A stretch of 64,000 bases of DNA from an uncultured Geobacteraceae bacterium (GTDB taxonomy: Bacteria > Desulfobacterota > Desulfuromonadia > Geobacterales > Pseudopelobacteraceae). The notes under the pieces are model-generated. The model had not been told where the DNA came from. It did not search any database and saw only the letters and a program-made list of their open reading frames with translations. The stretch is taken from NCBI GenBank assembly GCA_964456065.1, contig CAYVYW010000007.1:14042-78041 (forward strand). The letters are read 5' to 3'. The position numbers and the translations under genes were made by a program. Positions 39,415 through 48,518 of the stretch are shown here, one piece after another. How positions within the stretch are numbered: the stretch's first letter is position 1; the number at the start of each line of letters is the position of its first letter.

Positions 39415-41416
39415 CCGACCGATACCGTCGGTCTCAGTCCTGATGGTGGTCCATAACGGGGCCCGACACCTGCACGCCGCCATAGATAGTATTTTGGTGC
39501 AGAGTCTGTCTGATTTCGAGTTAATTGTTGTTGATGACGGTTCAACGGATAGCACCGCTTTCATTCTGGAATCATACCGTGATGCACGGATGCATATTCA
39601 CCGCATCCCGAAAAACATAGGTGTTGTTGCTGCCCGTAACCGCTCTCTGGCACTGGCGCGTGGCCGTTATTGCGCCATTCTGGACAGTGATGATGTCTGC
39701 CACCCTGAACGTCTTGCGGTACAAGCTGCGTGGCTTGACGCTCACAAGGATTGTGCTGCTGTGGCAACACGGGTGGCGCTGATTGATGAGCATGGTGCTG
39801 ATCTGGGGAGCTGGGAGGATGACCGTTTGACCATAACGGCTGAGGAGATTGCCCTCGCTATGCCTCGGTATAATTGTCTTGCCCATTCATCCGTTATGGT
39901 ACGAACGACACTCTTGAAGCGCTTTCGCTACCGAACTCCCCTTGGTATTCCTGAGGATTATGATTTGTGGTTACGGCTTTTGGTGGCCGGTCATCGTATT
40001 GACAAAGTTCCCCGCCTGCTGGTCAGCCACCGTTTGCATGAAAATTCCCTGACCGGTCAGCACCGCACAGCCCCTCCCGAGTTAGTGCAATGTGCCAGTA
40101 AACGCTTTTTCCTGAAGCAGCGACTCGCTGAAAAGACCTGGGGCCTTTTCGAGCAGCGGGTCTTGCTTAGTGCCATACGGGATGCTTTTTTACTAAGCGC
40201 TAAAGGATTTATCAAGTTACTGATCGGCAGCTGGCCGGCCTCGAATACAGACCAGTTTGCTCTCCAGGTTAACCAGCACCCTGTGGTGCGGATGGGTATT
40301 CGTCGTATCGCCTGGCTGGTGAGCCGTATTCCCTGGCAGCATACGGGCCCTTTTTTGATTTTCCCTTTCCATCATGTAGGGGGAGCTGAACAGGTCCACC
40401 TCAGGATTGTGCGCAGTATTGCTGACCAACACCCCCTGGTGTTGTTCAGCAAACGCTCAGGCCGTTCTTCCTGGTTGCATGCATTTCAAGAGTCAGCACG
40501 GTGTTTAGATCTGTGGTGGTTCTGTCGACCATGCTATCCCTTGAGTGTTGCGATTGTTGCCGGTCTCATCAACCGTCAGAAAGAGCCAGTGGTTTTGGGC
40601 TCCAACAGTCTCTTTTACGGTCTTGTCGTACCATATCTTGCACCCCATGTTGTCACTATGGATGTTACCCATGCTTTTGGTGGGCCGGCTGAACACTTTA
40701 TGTTGCCCGTGGCACCTTTGCTTGATGTGCGGGTTGTTATCAGTAAATCAGCAGCACGTCTACTTGCCAGCCAGTACCAAGAAGCGCAGCTGGAGCAGGA
40801 ACTTCAGGAGCGGATTGTTGTGGTGCCCAATGCGGTTGAAGTGCCGTCCGTCGACCAGGAACGCTGTCCTGACCGACTTTTACGTCTCTTATATGTCGGG
40901 CGTGCCAGCGATGAAAAGCGCGTGCATCTAATCGGGCGTGCTTTTCAGCGGGTCCGTCAAGCTGGTTTGCCGGTGGCATTAACCATGGTGGGTGAAGGGC
41001 TTGAAGAAGCCCTTATTGAAGAGGACCGTCAAGCCGTAACCTTTTGCGGGGCCATCCGTGAACGGGAAGAACTGGAACGTCTCTATCTTCAAGCGGATGC
41101 GGTTGTTATCAGTTCTATTCGGGAGGGATTTCCCCTGACTCTTATGGAAGGAATGGTCTGTGGCTGTATTCCGATTACAACCGATGTTGGTGCCATTGCA
41201 GAATTCATTACCCACCGACATAACGGTTGGCTCGTGGGTGGTAGTGGTGAGACGGCTGTTGTAGAAGGGCTTGAGGAAGCCTTCACGGTTTTGGCACAAG
41301 ACCGTGATCTCTGCCGTTGGCTTTCAGAACAGGCGCGACAGTATGCTGTGGATCAGTTCTCCCCTGACCATTTTCGTGCGGCGTATCGCTCATTATTCGG
41401 TTGTGTCGATGTCTGA
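39398..41416 (+). CDS. Two-domain glycosyltransferase (N-terminal GT2 + C-terminal GT4/GT-B)
   Basis: The N-terminus reads VSVLMVVHNGARHL...ELIVVDDGSTDST...ILDSDD (GT2). The C-terminus reads LLYVGRASDEKRV...VISSIREGFPLTLMEGMVCGCIPITTDVGAIAEFI (GT-B Glycos_transf_1). Confidence 0.8.
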   Translation: MYSMDDRPIPSVSVLMVVHNGARHLHAAIDSILVQSLSDFELIVVDDGSTDSTAFILESYRDARMHIHRIPKNIGVVAARNRSLALARGRYCAILDSDDVCHPERLAVQAAWLDAHKDCAAVATRVALIDEHGADLGSWEDDRLTITAEEIALAMPRYNCLAHSSVMVRTTLLKRFRYRTPLGIPEDYDLWLRLLVAGHRIDKVPRLLVSHRLHENSLTGQHRTAPPELVQCASKRFFLKQRLAEKTWGLFEQRVLLSAIRDAFLLSAKGFIKLLIGSWPASNTDQFALQVNQHPVVRMGIRRIAWLVSRIPWQHTGPFLIFPFHHVGGAEQVHLRIVRSIADQHPLVLFSKRSGRSSWLHAFQESARCLDLWWFCRPCYPLSVAIVAGLINRQKEPVVLGSNSLFYGLVVPYLAPHVVTMDVTHAFGGPAEHFMLPVAPLLDVRVVISKSAARLLASQYQEAQLEQELQERIVVVPNAVEVPSVDQERCPDRLLRLLYVGRASDEKRVHLIGRAFQRVRQAGLPVALTMVGEGLEEALIEEDRQAVTFCGAIREREELERLYLQADAVVISSIREGFPLTLMEGMVCGCIPITTDVGAIAEFITHRHNGWLVGGSGETAVVEGLEEAFTVLAQDRDLCRWLSEQARQYAVDQFSPDHFRAAYRSLFGCVDV

Positions 41417-42182
41417 CCGTGTTTGTGTGGTCATACCCTGTTACAACCACGGGCATTTTCTTCAGGAGGCTATTGACTCCGTTCTGGCTTCTTCCTCGCT
41501 ACCTGACCGCATCGTTATTGTCAATGATGGCTCCCATGATCCTCACACCCTGGAGGTCTTGGAGGGGCTTTCCCACCCCTTGATTACCGTCTTGCATCAG
41601 GAGAATGCCGGTCTTGCGGCTGCCCGTAATCGTGCTATTGCTGCCTGCGATGAAGCCTTGATTCTTCCCCTTGATGCCGATGACCGTATCGGACCGGATT
41701 ATATTGCACAGGCCCGTCAGCAGTTCCAAAAAGATCCGGCGGCGGTAATTGTGTATTGCCATGGAGAGCTGTTCGGCTCCCGTCAGGGGCCGATTGTTGC
41801 TCCTGCTTATCATCCCATGACCATGCGCTTTAGCAATTTGATTTTTGCCTGCGCCATGTTTCGTAGAGAGGCCTGGTTATCAGTTGGTGGGTACTGTTCG
41901 GCGTTTACATACGGCTGTGAGGATTGGGACTTCTGGATAGCTTTGCTTGTGCAGGGCGGTCATCCTGTCCGTCTGGCACAAACCGGCTTTTTTTACCGTA
42001 TCACACCACACTCCATGAATCAGGCCATGGACCGACAACGGCGTATGGCCATGCATCGCCTGATTATCAAGCGCCACCCAAGCTTCTTTCCTGCCGGATT
42101 TGCCCTGCTCTTGCCCCTGTACTATCGTCTTCTGGGTAGTCTGCCCCATCGTCTCATGCGTGCACTGCGGGGACGTTCGTGA
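41409..42182 (+). CDS. Glycosyltransferase family 2
   Basis: VCVVIPCYNHGHFLQEAIDSVL...IVIVNDGSHD...LPLDADD. Start at ATG 41409 overlaps the upstream stop (ATGTCTGA). Confidence 0.8.
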   Translation: MSDRVCVVIPCYNHGHFLQEAIDSVLASSSLPDRIVIVNDGSHDPHTLEVLEGLSHPLITVLHQENAGLAAARNRAIAACDEALILPLDADDRIGPDYIAQARQQFQKDPAAVIVYCHGELFGSRQGPIVAPAYHPMTMRFSNLIFACAMFRREAWLSVGGYCSAFTYGCEDWDFWIALLVQGGHPVRLAQTGFFYRITPHSMNQAMDRQRRMAMHRLIIKRHPSFFPAGFALLLPLYYRLLGSLPHRLMRALRGRS

Positions 42183-43201
42183 AGAACGGTCGTTTAAGGA
42201 TATTGCTACTTGTACGGGAGAACCTATCCCTGACGGGAAGTGGAACCTATGAGGCTAACCTCCTGCGGGAGCTTGATAAGCGTTTTGCGGTAACCCTCTA
42301 TCGTCATGTTCAGGACCTGGAGGGTGATTATGATGTTGCCCACTGTACTAATTTAAAACATCTTGATCCGGTGGTGGCACGTCGATTACGCTGTCCCCTG
42401 GTGGTTGACATTCATGATTATTACTGGGTGCGCTATTTCCACTTTTTTTGTATGGATGCCCCGCTACGTTACCTTCTGCAAAAAATAAGGCACTATCGTT
42501 ATCAGCATTGGTTTAGCGTTATCGATGCCTTGATTCTCCATGGCCGGTTTCTCTTTGACCTGATTGAGCACCCGCGTCGCTATTTCAGCTTTTATTTTGG
42601 TTTGGATTACTCCGCAATAACACCTCGTCCATGGGAAGAACGGGAGAACTGCATTCTGTTCGTGGGTGGAGATTATTTTCGTAAGGGTCTTCCCCGCATT
42701 ATAAAAGCCCTGCCTGCGATTCTTGCTAAAGTTCCCGATGCCCGTCTATTGGTAATTGGAAAGGAACCATGGCATTCCAGGCTGTTAGCCCGTTGGATGG
42801 CACGTAAGCTGCCGGTTGATTTTGTCTATGGTATGCCACGTGAGGCCGTTTATCAAACCTATAGCCGTGGCAAGGTCTTGGTGCTCCCCTCTGAGATTGA
42901 ATGTACACCGCTTGTGATTGCAGAAGGAACCTACGCCGGATTGCCACCGGTGGTGTCACGGGTTGGCGGACACCCAGAACTGGTGAGTCATGGGAAAACG
43001 GGCTTTCTCTTTGATCTCGACGATAGCTCTGCTTTGGCTGACGCTGTGGTGACCTGTCTAACGGATCAACAACGCTCACAGGAACTGGTGCAGGCAGGCC
43101 GTGCTTTTTTCGATGGCTGTTCGGTCTCTGGCATGATTGATCGTCTGGCAGCTATTTATCAGGACCTGGCGGATAATCCTCCTCTGCGGAGGCGATTATG
43201 A
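42179..43201 (+). CDS. Glycosyltransferase family 4 (GT-B)
   Basis: LLVIGKEPW...VLVLPSEIECTPLVIAEGTYAGLPPVVSRVGGHPELVSHGKTGFLF. The GTG start overlaps the upstream stop. Confidence 0.8.
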   Translation: MKNGRLRILLLVRENLSLTGSGTYEANLLRELDKRFAVTLYRHVQDLEGDYDVAHCTNLKHLDPVVARRLRCPLVVDIHDYYWVRYFHFFCMDAPLRYLLQKIRHYRYQHWFSVIDALILHGRFLFDLIEHPRRYFSFYFGLDYSAITPRPWEERENCILFVGGDYFRKGLPRIIKALPAILAKVPDARLLVIGKEPWHSRLLARWMARKLPVDFVYGMPREAVYQTYSRGKVLVLPSEIECTPLVIAEGTYAGLPPVVSRVGGHPELVSHGKTGFLFDLDDSSALADAVVTCLTDQQRSQELVQAGRAFFDGCSVSGMIDRLAAIYQDLADNPPLRRRL

Positions 43202-45600
43202 GGCGATATCACACGGACTGGCATGAAAAGGACTGGGTCTGGGGACTTGCACTGGTCCTGGCGATTCTTGCTTCGTTGGCGCCGGTACTCTTCACGCACC
43301 AGATTATTAGGGCCTCAGACGTACTGACACAGTTTTTCTGGTCTGCTCGGCAGGTCCAGGAACAGACCCCCTGGGAATATCTCCAGGCCGTTCAGGCAGC
43401 CTTTCATGCCAGTTGGGAGCCCTTTAGTGATGGTGGCCGTTCCCTTGAAGGGGGATGGAATGCCATTACCCTCTTGGTGCACCGTTATTTGTTACAACAT
43501 TATATACCCTTTCCTGCAAACATAGCTTGGCTCGCCGGTGCTGCTCTGGCGTTTGCAGGTCTTGGGACATTCTGGTATTGCCGCTGTATCGGTGTTGGTC
43601 GTGCTGGTGCTTTCCTGGCAGGCCTCATCATGGCATTGGGCACGGAGCATGTCAGTCTCATTAATGCCGGACATATTCAGAAGATTGAGGCCATAGCGTG
43701 GATCCCCTGGGTGCTTGCTGCTCTTGAGCTGGGGCTTCGAGAGCGACGCCCGCTTCGCTACGGGCAGGTTGCTTTCCTGCTGGCCCTGCAGTTCTTCCAT
43801 ATGCACTGGCAGATTTCCTTTTATACCTGCCTAACGGTTGGTCTGTACTGGGTTATCAGTCAGCAATTTTTATGGGATGAACGTCCGCCGGGAAAACGTT
43901 TAACATTCCTTATGCGCGATAGTGCTATGGTGGTAGTGCTTTTACTCCTCTTTTTCAGTCTTATTGCTATTTCCTTTGCGCCGTTATTGAGTTGGTCTAA
44001 GCAGTCTGAGCGGGGGGGCGGCATGGCCGCCGAGCAGGGGATGAGCTGGTCCATGCCACCGGAGGAAATCCTCAGTTATGCGGTTCCAGGGTTTTTCGGT
44101 CTCTCGCGACAGGAGGAGGGGGATCAGCCGATACCAGGACACAGTTACTACTGGGGACGTATGGTTATGAGTCAGACCAACGACTACCTCGGTATTTTTG
44201 CACTGATGTTGGCCCCGGTCGGTTTTTACCGCATGCGGGATCGTCTTGGGTGGCTTCATGCTGGTCTGGTGCTTGTAACCCTGTTGATGGCGTTGGGGGG
44301 GTATACACCGGTCTATCGTCTGATGTTTGACTACCTGCCCGGCTTTTCCACCTTCCGTGTTCCCAAGATGGTGTTGTGCGTAACCACCTTTGCACTTGCC
44401 GTTCTTGCGGGGCGTGGCCTTGATCAATTCTTGCATCGGGAATCTACCGTGCCGTCAAAAGGCCTGCTACGCTGGCCAGTCAGCCTGAGCCTGTTGTTAG
44501 TGCTGTTGTGGGGAGTACTGATGGTGCAGCCGACACTCATCACCGCCGGGATGGGGGATTTGCTGACAGCAGGCACCCGTTACCAGGCAGGCGGGGAGGC
44601 TATGGCTGTTACACGGGTTTCTCAGATGGTGCGGGAGAGTGGTTACGCCGGTGTGATTGCCATCATGGCATGCCTCGTCTTGTGGATGCTCCGCACCCGT
44701 CAGTCTTGGCAGCGCCCACTCCTGGCGGTACTTTTTGTGATGACGTTGTTAGATCTTGCACGGGTTAACCGTATTTTTCTTGTGGTTACGACACCACCGT
44801 CAGCCGATAAAGAAGCTGCTAAAACGGATGTGGTGCGTTTCCTTGAGGGACGTATTGGCCATGACCGTATACAGCCGGTGGATGAGATGGAATCACATTA
44901 TTACAGTGACTATCATCTACCAACCCTGGCCTCCTATGTGACCGTCAGTGAACGTCGTTACCGTGAATTTCTTGATCACTTCCGCTTGATGTCGGGTATG
45001 CCCGATATGATGAACGTCCGCTTTTTGGTGCTATCATCCCAGGCATATACCCGTGAGGCGGCACGGCTTGCATCAAAATATCACCCTGTATTTACTGCAA
45101 CCAGCGGTTCAGTGGTTTTGGAAAATCGTGACACGTTACCGAAAGCGTGGACCGTAGCAGATGTGCAGGTCGTGCCTGGTCGTGATGAACGGCTGACCCG
45201 CTTGATGCAGTCATCGTTCCAACCGGGCCGTGTTGCTTTGGTGGAAGATGCTCCCCCCCATGATTTTGTGCCGGGTGGTACTGCAGAGACGGACGGTGTT
45301 GAACTCAAGCTGTATCAACCGAACCGCATAACGCTGGTAACGCAGACCAGTGGTAGCCGTTTGCTTGTCCTTGGTGAAAAATACTACAACTGGTGGTATG
45401 TCAGTATTGATGGTAAGCCTACCCGTATGGTGCCGGTTAACCATATCTTGCGTGGGGTTTATATCCCGGCGGGGGCACACCAGGTTGTGTGGCGTTTTGA
45501 CCCCCTTCCGTTTAAAATTGGACGTTATGTGACCTTGGGTGGTGCTGCCTGTTTCATGCTGATGTGGTGGTACGACTGGAGGAGGCGCCGACATGGATAG
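43198..45600 (+). CDS. Large polytopic membrane protein, YfhO-like / GT-C-fold glycosyltransferase candidate
   Basis: 800 aa with about 12-13 N-terminal TM helices, a roughly 270-aa soluble C-terminal domain and a final C-terminal TM (LGGAACFMLMWWY). This architecture is typical of YfhO-family proteins. The assignment rests on architecture, not on an alignment. Confidence 0.5.
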   Translation: MRRYHTDWHEKDWVWGLALVLAILASLAPVLFTHQIIRASDVLTQFFWSARQVQEQTPWEYLQAVQAAFHASWEPFSDGGRSLEGGWNAITLLVHRYLLQHYIPFPANIAWLAGAALAFAGLGTFWYCRCIGVGRAGAFLAGLIMALGTEHVSLINAGHIQKIEAIAWIPWVLAALELGLRERRPLRYGQVAFLLALQFFHMHWQISFYTCLTVGLYWVISQQFLWDERPPGKRLTFLMRDSAMVVVLLLLFFSLIAISFAPLLSWSKQSERGGGMAAEQGMSWSMPPEEILSYAVPGFFGLSRQEEGDQPIPGHSYYWGRMVMSQTNDYLGIFALMLAPVGFYRMRDRLGWLHAGLVLVTLLMALGGYTPVYRLMFDYLPGFSTFRVPKMVLCVTTFALAVLAGRGLDQFLHRESTVPSKGLLRWPVSLSLLLVLLWGVLMVQPTLITAGMGDLLTAGTRYQAGGEAMAVTRVSQMVRESGYAGVIAIMACLVLWMLRTRQSWQRPLLAVLFVMTLLDLARVNRIFLVVTTPPSADKEAAKTDVVRFLEGRIGHDRIQPVDEMESHYYSDYHLPTLASYVTVSERRYREFLDHFRLMSGMPDMMNVRFLVLSSQAYTREAARLASKYHPVFTATSGSVVLENRDTLPKAWTVADVQVVPGRDERLTRLMQSSFQPGRVALVEDAPPHDFVPGGTAETDGVELKLYQPNRITLVTQTSGSRLLVLGEKYYNWWYVSIDGKPTRMVPVNHILRGVYIPAGAHQVVWRFDPLPFKIGRYVTLGGAACFMLMWWYDWRRRRHG

Positions 45601-46345
45601 CGCATTACAGTGCTCGTATGATCGTCTCGAGCGATTTGATTTGTCGTTACAGCAGCCGCGAAGCGGATTTCGATTTAGCCTCGATCCGTTGCTACTCTGT
45701 GAATATGCCTGCCGCGGTGATGAAGAACGGGTGATTGATTTAGGCTGTGGCAGTGGCATCATCGCTTTGGTTATGGCCCGAAAACTACCTGCCTGTCAGG
45801 TCATCGGTCTTGATTATGCTCGTGATGCGGTGGCAGCTGCCCAGGCTAATGTTATTTTAAACGGTTGTCAGGAGCAGGTGCGGATCCAGCAGGGTGATGT
45901 TATTGAGGTAAAGCGTTATTTAGATCCCAATACCGCTGATTTAGTGGTGATGAACCCGCCGTATCGCCGTCCTAATAGCGGTCGTTTAAGTCCTGATCCA
46001 TCGCGGCGGCAGAGTTGCCATGAAAGTACTGCAGGTCTTGAACATTTTCTGGCAGCAGCGCGTTATTTGGTAAGCCCTAAAGGGCGTATTGCCATGATTT
46101 ACCCTAGCGAGCGTCTGGCTGAACTGGTTCTGACTGCCAAGGGAGAACGTTTAACCGTTGTGGCACTACGGCCGGTCTATGGTCGAGAAGGTAAGAAAGC
46201 TAAGTTAGTGCTGATAACGCTGGTGAAGGGAAGTCGAGGTGTGGCATTATCCTTTCAAGAGCCGCTGGTGGTCAGGGATCGAGAAGGAAAATATAGTGCT
46301 GAACTGCAACTGATTCTCTATGGTACACAAGCGGGAGATAGGTAG
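45593..46345 (+). CDS. NPPY-motif SAM-dependent methyltransferase (TrmN6/YfiC-like)
   Basis: FRFSLDPLLL..., SAM motif VIDLGCGSGIIALVMA, and VMNPPYRR. It overlaps the preceding gene by 8 nt. Confidence 0.65.
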   Translation: MDSALQCSYDRLERFDLSLQQPRSGFRFSLDPLLLCEYACRGDEERVIDLGCGSGIIALVMARKLPACQVIGLDYARDAVAAAQANVILNGCQEQVRIQQGDVIEVKRYLDPNTADLVVMNPPYRRPNSGRLSPDPSRRQSCHESTAGLEHFLAAARYLVSPKGRIAMIYPSERLAELVLTAKGERLTVVALRPVYGREGKKAKLVLITLVKGSRGVALSFQEPLVVRDREGKYSAELQLILYGTQAGDR

Positions 46346-46349
46346 CTGA

Positions 46350-46709
46350 TTAGAGAGCTCGAAGTACCGTTAAGAGGGTTTCGGCATCAAAAGGTTTGGT
46401 AATGATTTCCCGTGCACCGGCTTTAAGTGCCTCGGCGCACCAACTTGATATGGTGCCAAAACTGGTAATCATGACAATTTTGACGGTTTTGTCGAGTTTA
46501 ACCAGACTGCGTACTGCGGTTAAGCCATCCATGCCAGGCATCTGCATGTCCATACAGATAATGTCGGGGTCTTCGGTGTGATTCAGTTTGATGGCCTCTG
46601 CACCATTTTTGGCATGGCCAACGCACTCAAAATCAGTTGTGGAATGCAAGATAGAGCGAATCTGCTTGGCAATAGCGAAATCATCGTCAACAACCAGAAC
46701 TCTGTGCAT
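46350..46709 (-). CDS. Single-domain CheY-like response regulator
   Basis: VLVVDDDFAI...DIICMDMQMPGMDG...ITKPF, 119 aa, no output domain. Confidence 0.85.
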   Translation of the reverse strand: MHRVLVVDDDFAIAKQIRSILHSTTDFECVGHAKNGAEAIKLNHTEDPDIICMDMQMPGMDGLTAVRSLVKLDKTVKIVMITSFGTISSWCAEALKAGAREIITKPFDAETLLTVLRAL

Positions 46710-46913
46710 TGCCCTCCTCCTTACCGTGGCGGAAACAAACTATGTTTTACTGTTCTCATTAATGTAGCGCATTGTTGCAAAAATGTAAAATGGTTTCTTT
46801 AGATAAAATCTTTATACTGCTATAGTATCGCCATCAGCAAGGACAATTTATTTTAAAAACAACAAAAACAGAAGGTTAAAGAATGAGACCTTCTTAATGC
46901 AAGGAGAGGTGTT

Positions 46914-47936
46914 GTGTATATTTTTAGTGAAAGTAAAAAAGTGCTTTGTGTTGCGGCTGTTGCGTTTAGCCTGGTTATTCCTTCCGTTGTTGGGGCCACG
47001 CCAACCAAGAAAAAGCAGAGTAGTGTGGCAGCGCTTGCCTTGCCGGCGGTTGTTGCACGCGTTAACGGCGTAGAGATTCGTGGTGCTGATTTAGAGAAGG
47101 AAATTACTAATTTTACCAAGCGCCGTTCAGGTGGTCACCATGGTGTAACGGATACGCAAAAACCTGCCGATTTGCAGCGGGTCGTGCTTGACCGCATGAT
47201 AGGTGCCGAACTGCTCTACCAGGTGGCTCAGCAGCATCCTTTTGCTGATCGCGACAAGCAGGTCACGGCAACCATCAGTGAGTTAAAAGGACGATTCCCT
47301 GACCAAAAAAGCTTTCAAGCTGCATTAGCCGAACAGGGTATTAATGAGGAAATCTTCCAAAAACTGGTCGTCTTCAATGTTGTGCTCGAAAACTATGTCA
47401 AAACAGTCGTCATACCGAGTATCACGCCGAGTGAGCTGGATATCAAAGCTTTCTATGCCGCCAATCCCCAGGCTTTTAAGCAGGAAGAGGGAGTGCGGGC
47501 GAGCCACATCCTGATTGCCGTTGCTGAAACGGCGACACCTGCTGATCGTGAAAAAGCCCGTGTTACCATGGAGGCTATCGAGAAGCAGTTACAGTCTGGC
47601 GCAGCTTTTGAAGAACTGGCCAAAAAACATTCCGCCTGTCCCAGTGGCAGTAAGGGCGGAGACTTACAGTTTTTCGGGCGGGGCCAGATGGTGAAACCGT
47701 TTGAAGAGGCTGCTTTTGCACTTAAGCCAGGTCAGGTAAGTGGCATTGTCAGCACACAATTTGGTTACCACCTTATTAAACTCACTGATCGCCGTGCTGC
47801 AGGAACTATCCCTCTTGAAGCGGCACGTCAGAGTATTCTGGAAGAGCTTCAGCAACAACGGCTAGGTCAGGCCCTTGATACGCTTCAGGTTGAGCAGCTG
47901 AAAAAAGCGAAGGTAGAAATTTACTTGAAGTCATAA
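46914..47936 (+). CDS. Periplasmic parvulin-type peptidyl-prolyl isomerase (SurA/PrsA-like)
   Basis: Signal peptide, a SurA_N-like region and a rotamase domain (RASHILI...CPSGSKGGDLQFFGRGQMVKPFEEAAF...FGYHLIKL). Confidence 0.85.
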   Translation: MYIFSESKKVLCVAAVAFSLVIPSVVGATPTKKKQSSVAALALPAVVARVNGVEIRGADLEKEITNFTKRRSGGHHGVTDTQKPADLQRVVLDRMIGAELLYQVAQQHPFADRDKQVTATISELKGRFPDQKSFQAALAEQGINEEIFQKLVVFNVVLENYVKTVVIPSITPSELDIKAFYAANPQAFKQEEGVRASHILIAVAETATPADREKARVTMEAIEKQLQSGAAFEELAKKHSACPSGSKGGDLQFFGRGQMVKPFEEAAFALKPGQVSGIVSTQFGYHLIKLTDRRAAGTIPLEAARQSILEELQQQRLGQALDTLQVEQLKKAKVEIYLKS

Positions 47937-47978
47937 GGCTTCTTGACAGCCACGAGTTACAGAGTTCCCCATTGAATG

Positions 47979-48008
47979 AAAAGCCCGGCATATTGTGCCG
48001 GGCTTTTT
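47979..48008. terminator. Bidirectional rho-independent terminator between convergent PPIase and EVE genes
   Basis: GAAAAGCCCGGCA-TATTG-TGCCGGGCTTTTT, with U-runs available on both strands. Confidence 0.75.
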
Positions 48009-48056
48009 GAGTGGGTACCGTGAAGGGAGCATTTCCCTGTTGCTAACTGTAAGCAC

Positions 48057-48518
48057 CTATCCGTTGGCTAAGGTAAGAATGGTTTCAAACTCGCTGGGGC
48101 TAACCGGTTGTACGGAAAGTCTACTTCTCTTCACGAGAGGCATATCCTGCAGTTTTGGATGCTCTTTAATGACGCTGAGGGGAACTTCATGGGGGAAGCT
48201 CCGTATAGCCTTAACATCAACCATATACCAGATAGGGTTTTGGGGGGTGGCCTTTGGATCGAAATGTTCCCCCGTTGGATCCTGTGCCGTGTGGTCAGGA
48301 TAGCCACTTCTAACAACGGTACACAGCCCAATCACCGCCGGTATGGCAATGGAGCTATGATAAAAGAGTATCTGATCACCAACCGCAATATCGTCACGAA
48401 GAAAATTACGGGCTTGAAAATTACGTACACCATCCCAGTGCTCAGTGCTTTCAGGACGCTCCTGGAGGTCCTGAAAAGAGAAGCAACCCGGCTCTGATTT
48501 GAAAAGCCAGTACCGCAT
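48057..48518 (-). CDS. EVE (PUA-like) domain protein
   Basis: MRYWLFKSEPGCFSFQDL...WDGVRNFQARNFLR...GDQILFYHS. Start at 48518 makes an ATGA overlap with the DUF1015 stop. Confidence 0.85.
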   Translation of the reverse strand: MRYWLFKSEPGCFSFQDLQERPESTEHWDGVRNFQARNFLRDDIAVGDQILFYHSSIAIPAVIGLCTVVRSGYPDHTAQDPTGEHFDPKATPQNPIWYMVDVKAIRSFPHEVPLSVIKEHPKLQDMPLVKRSRLSVQPVSPSEFETILTLANG

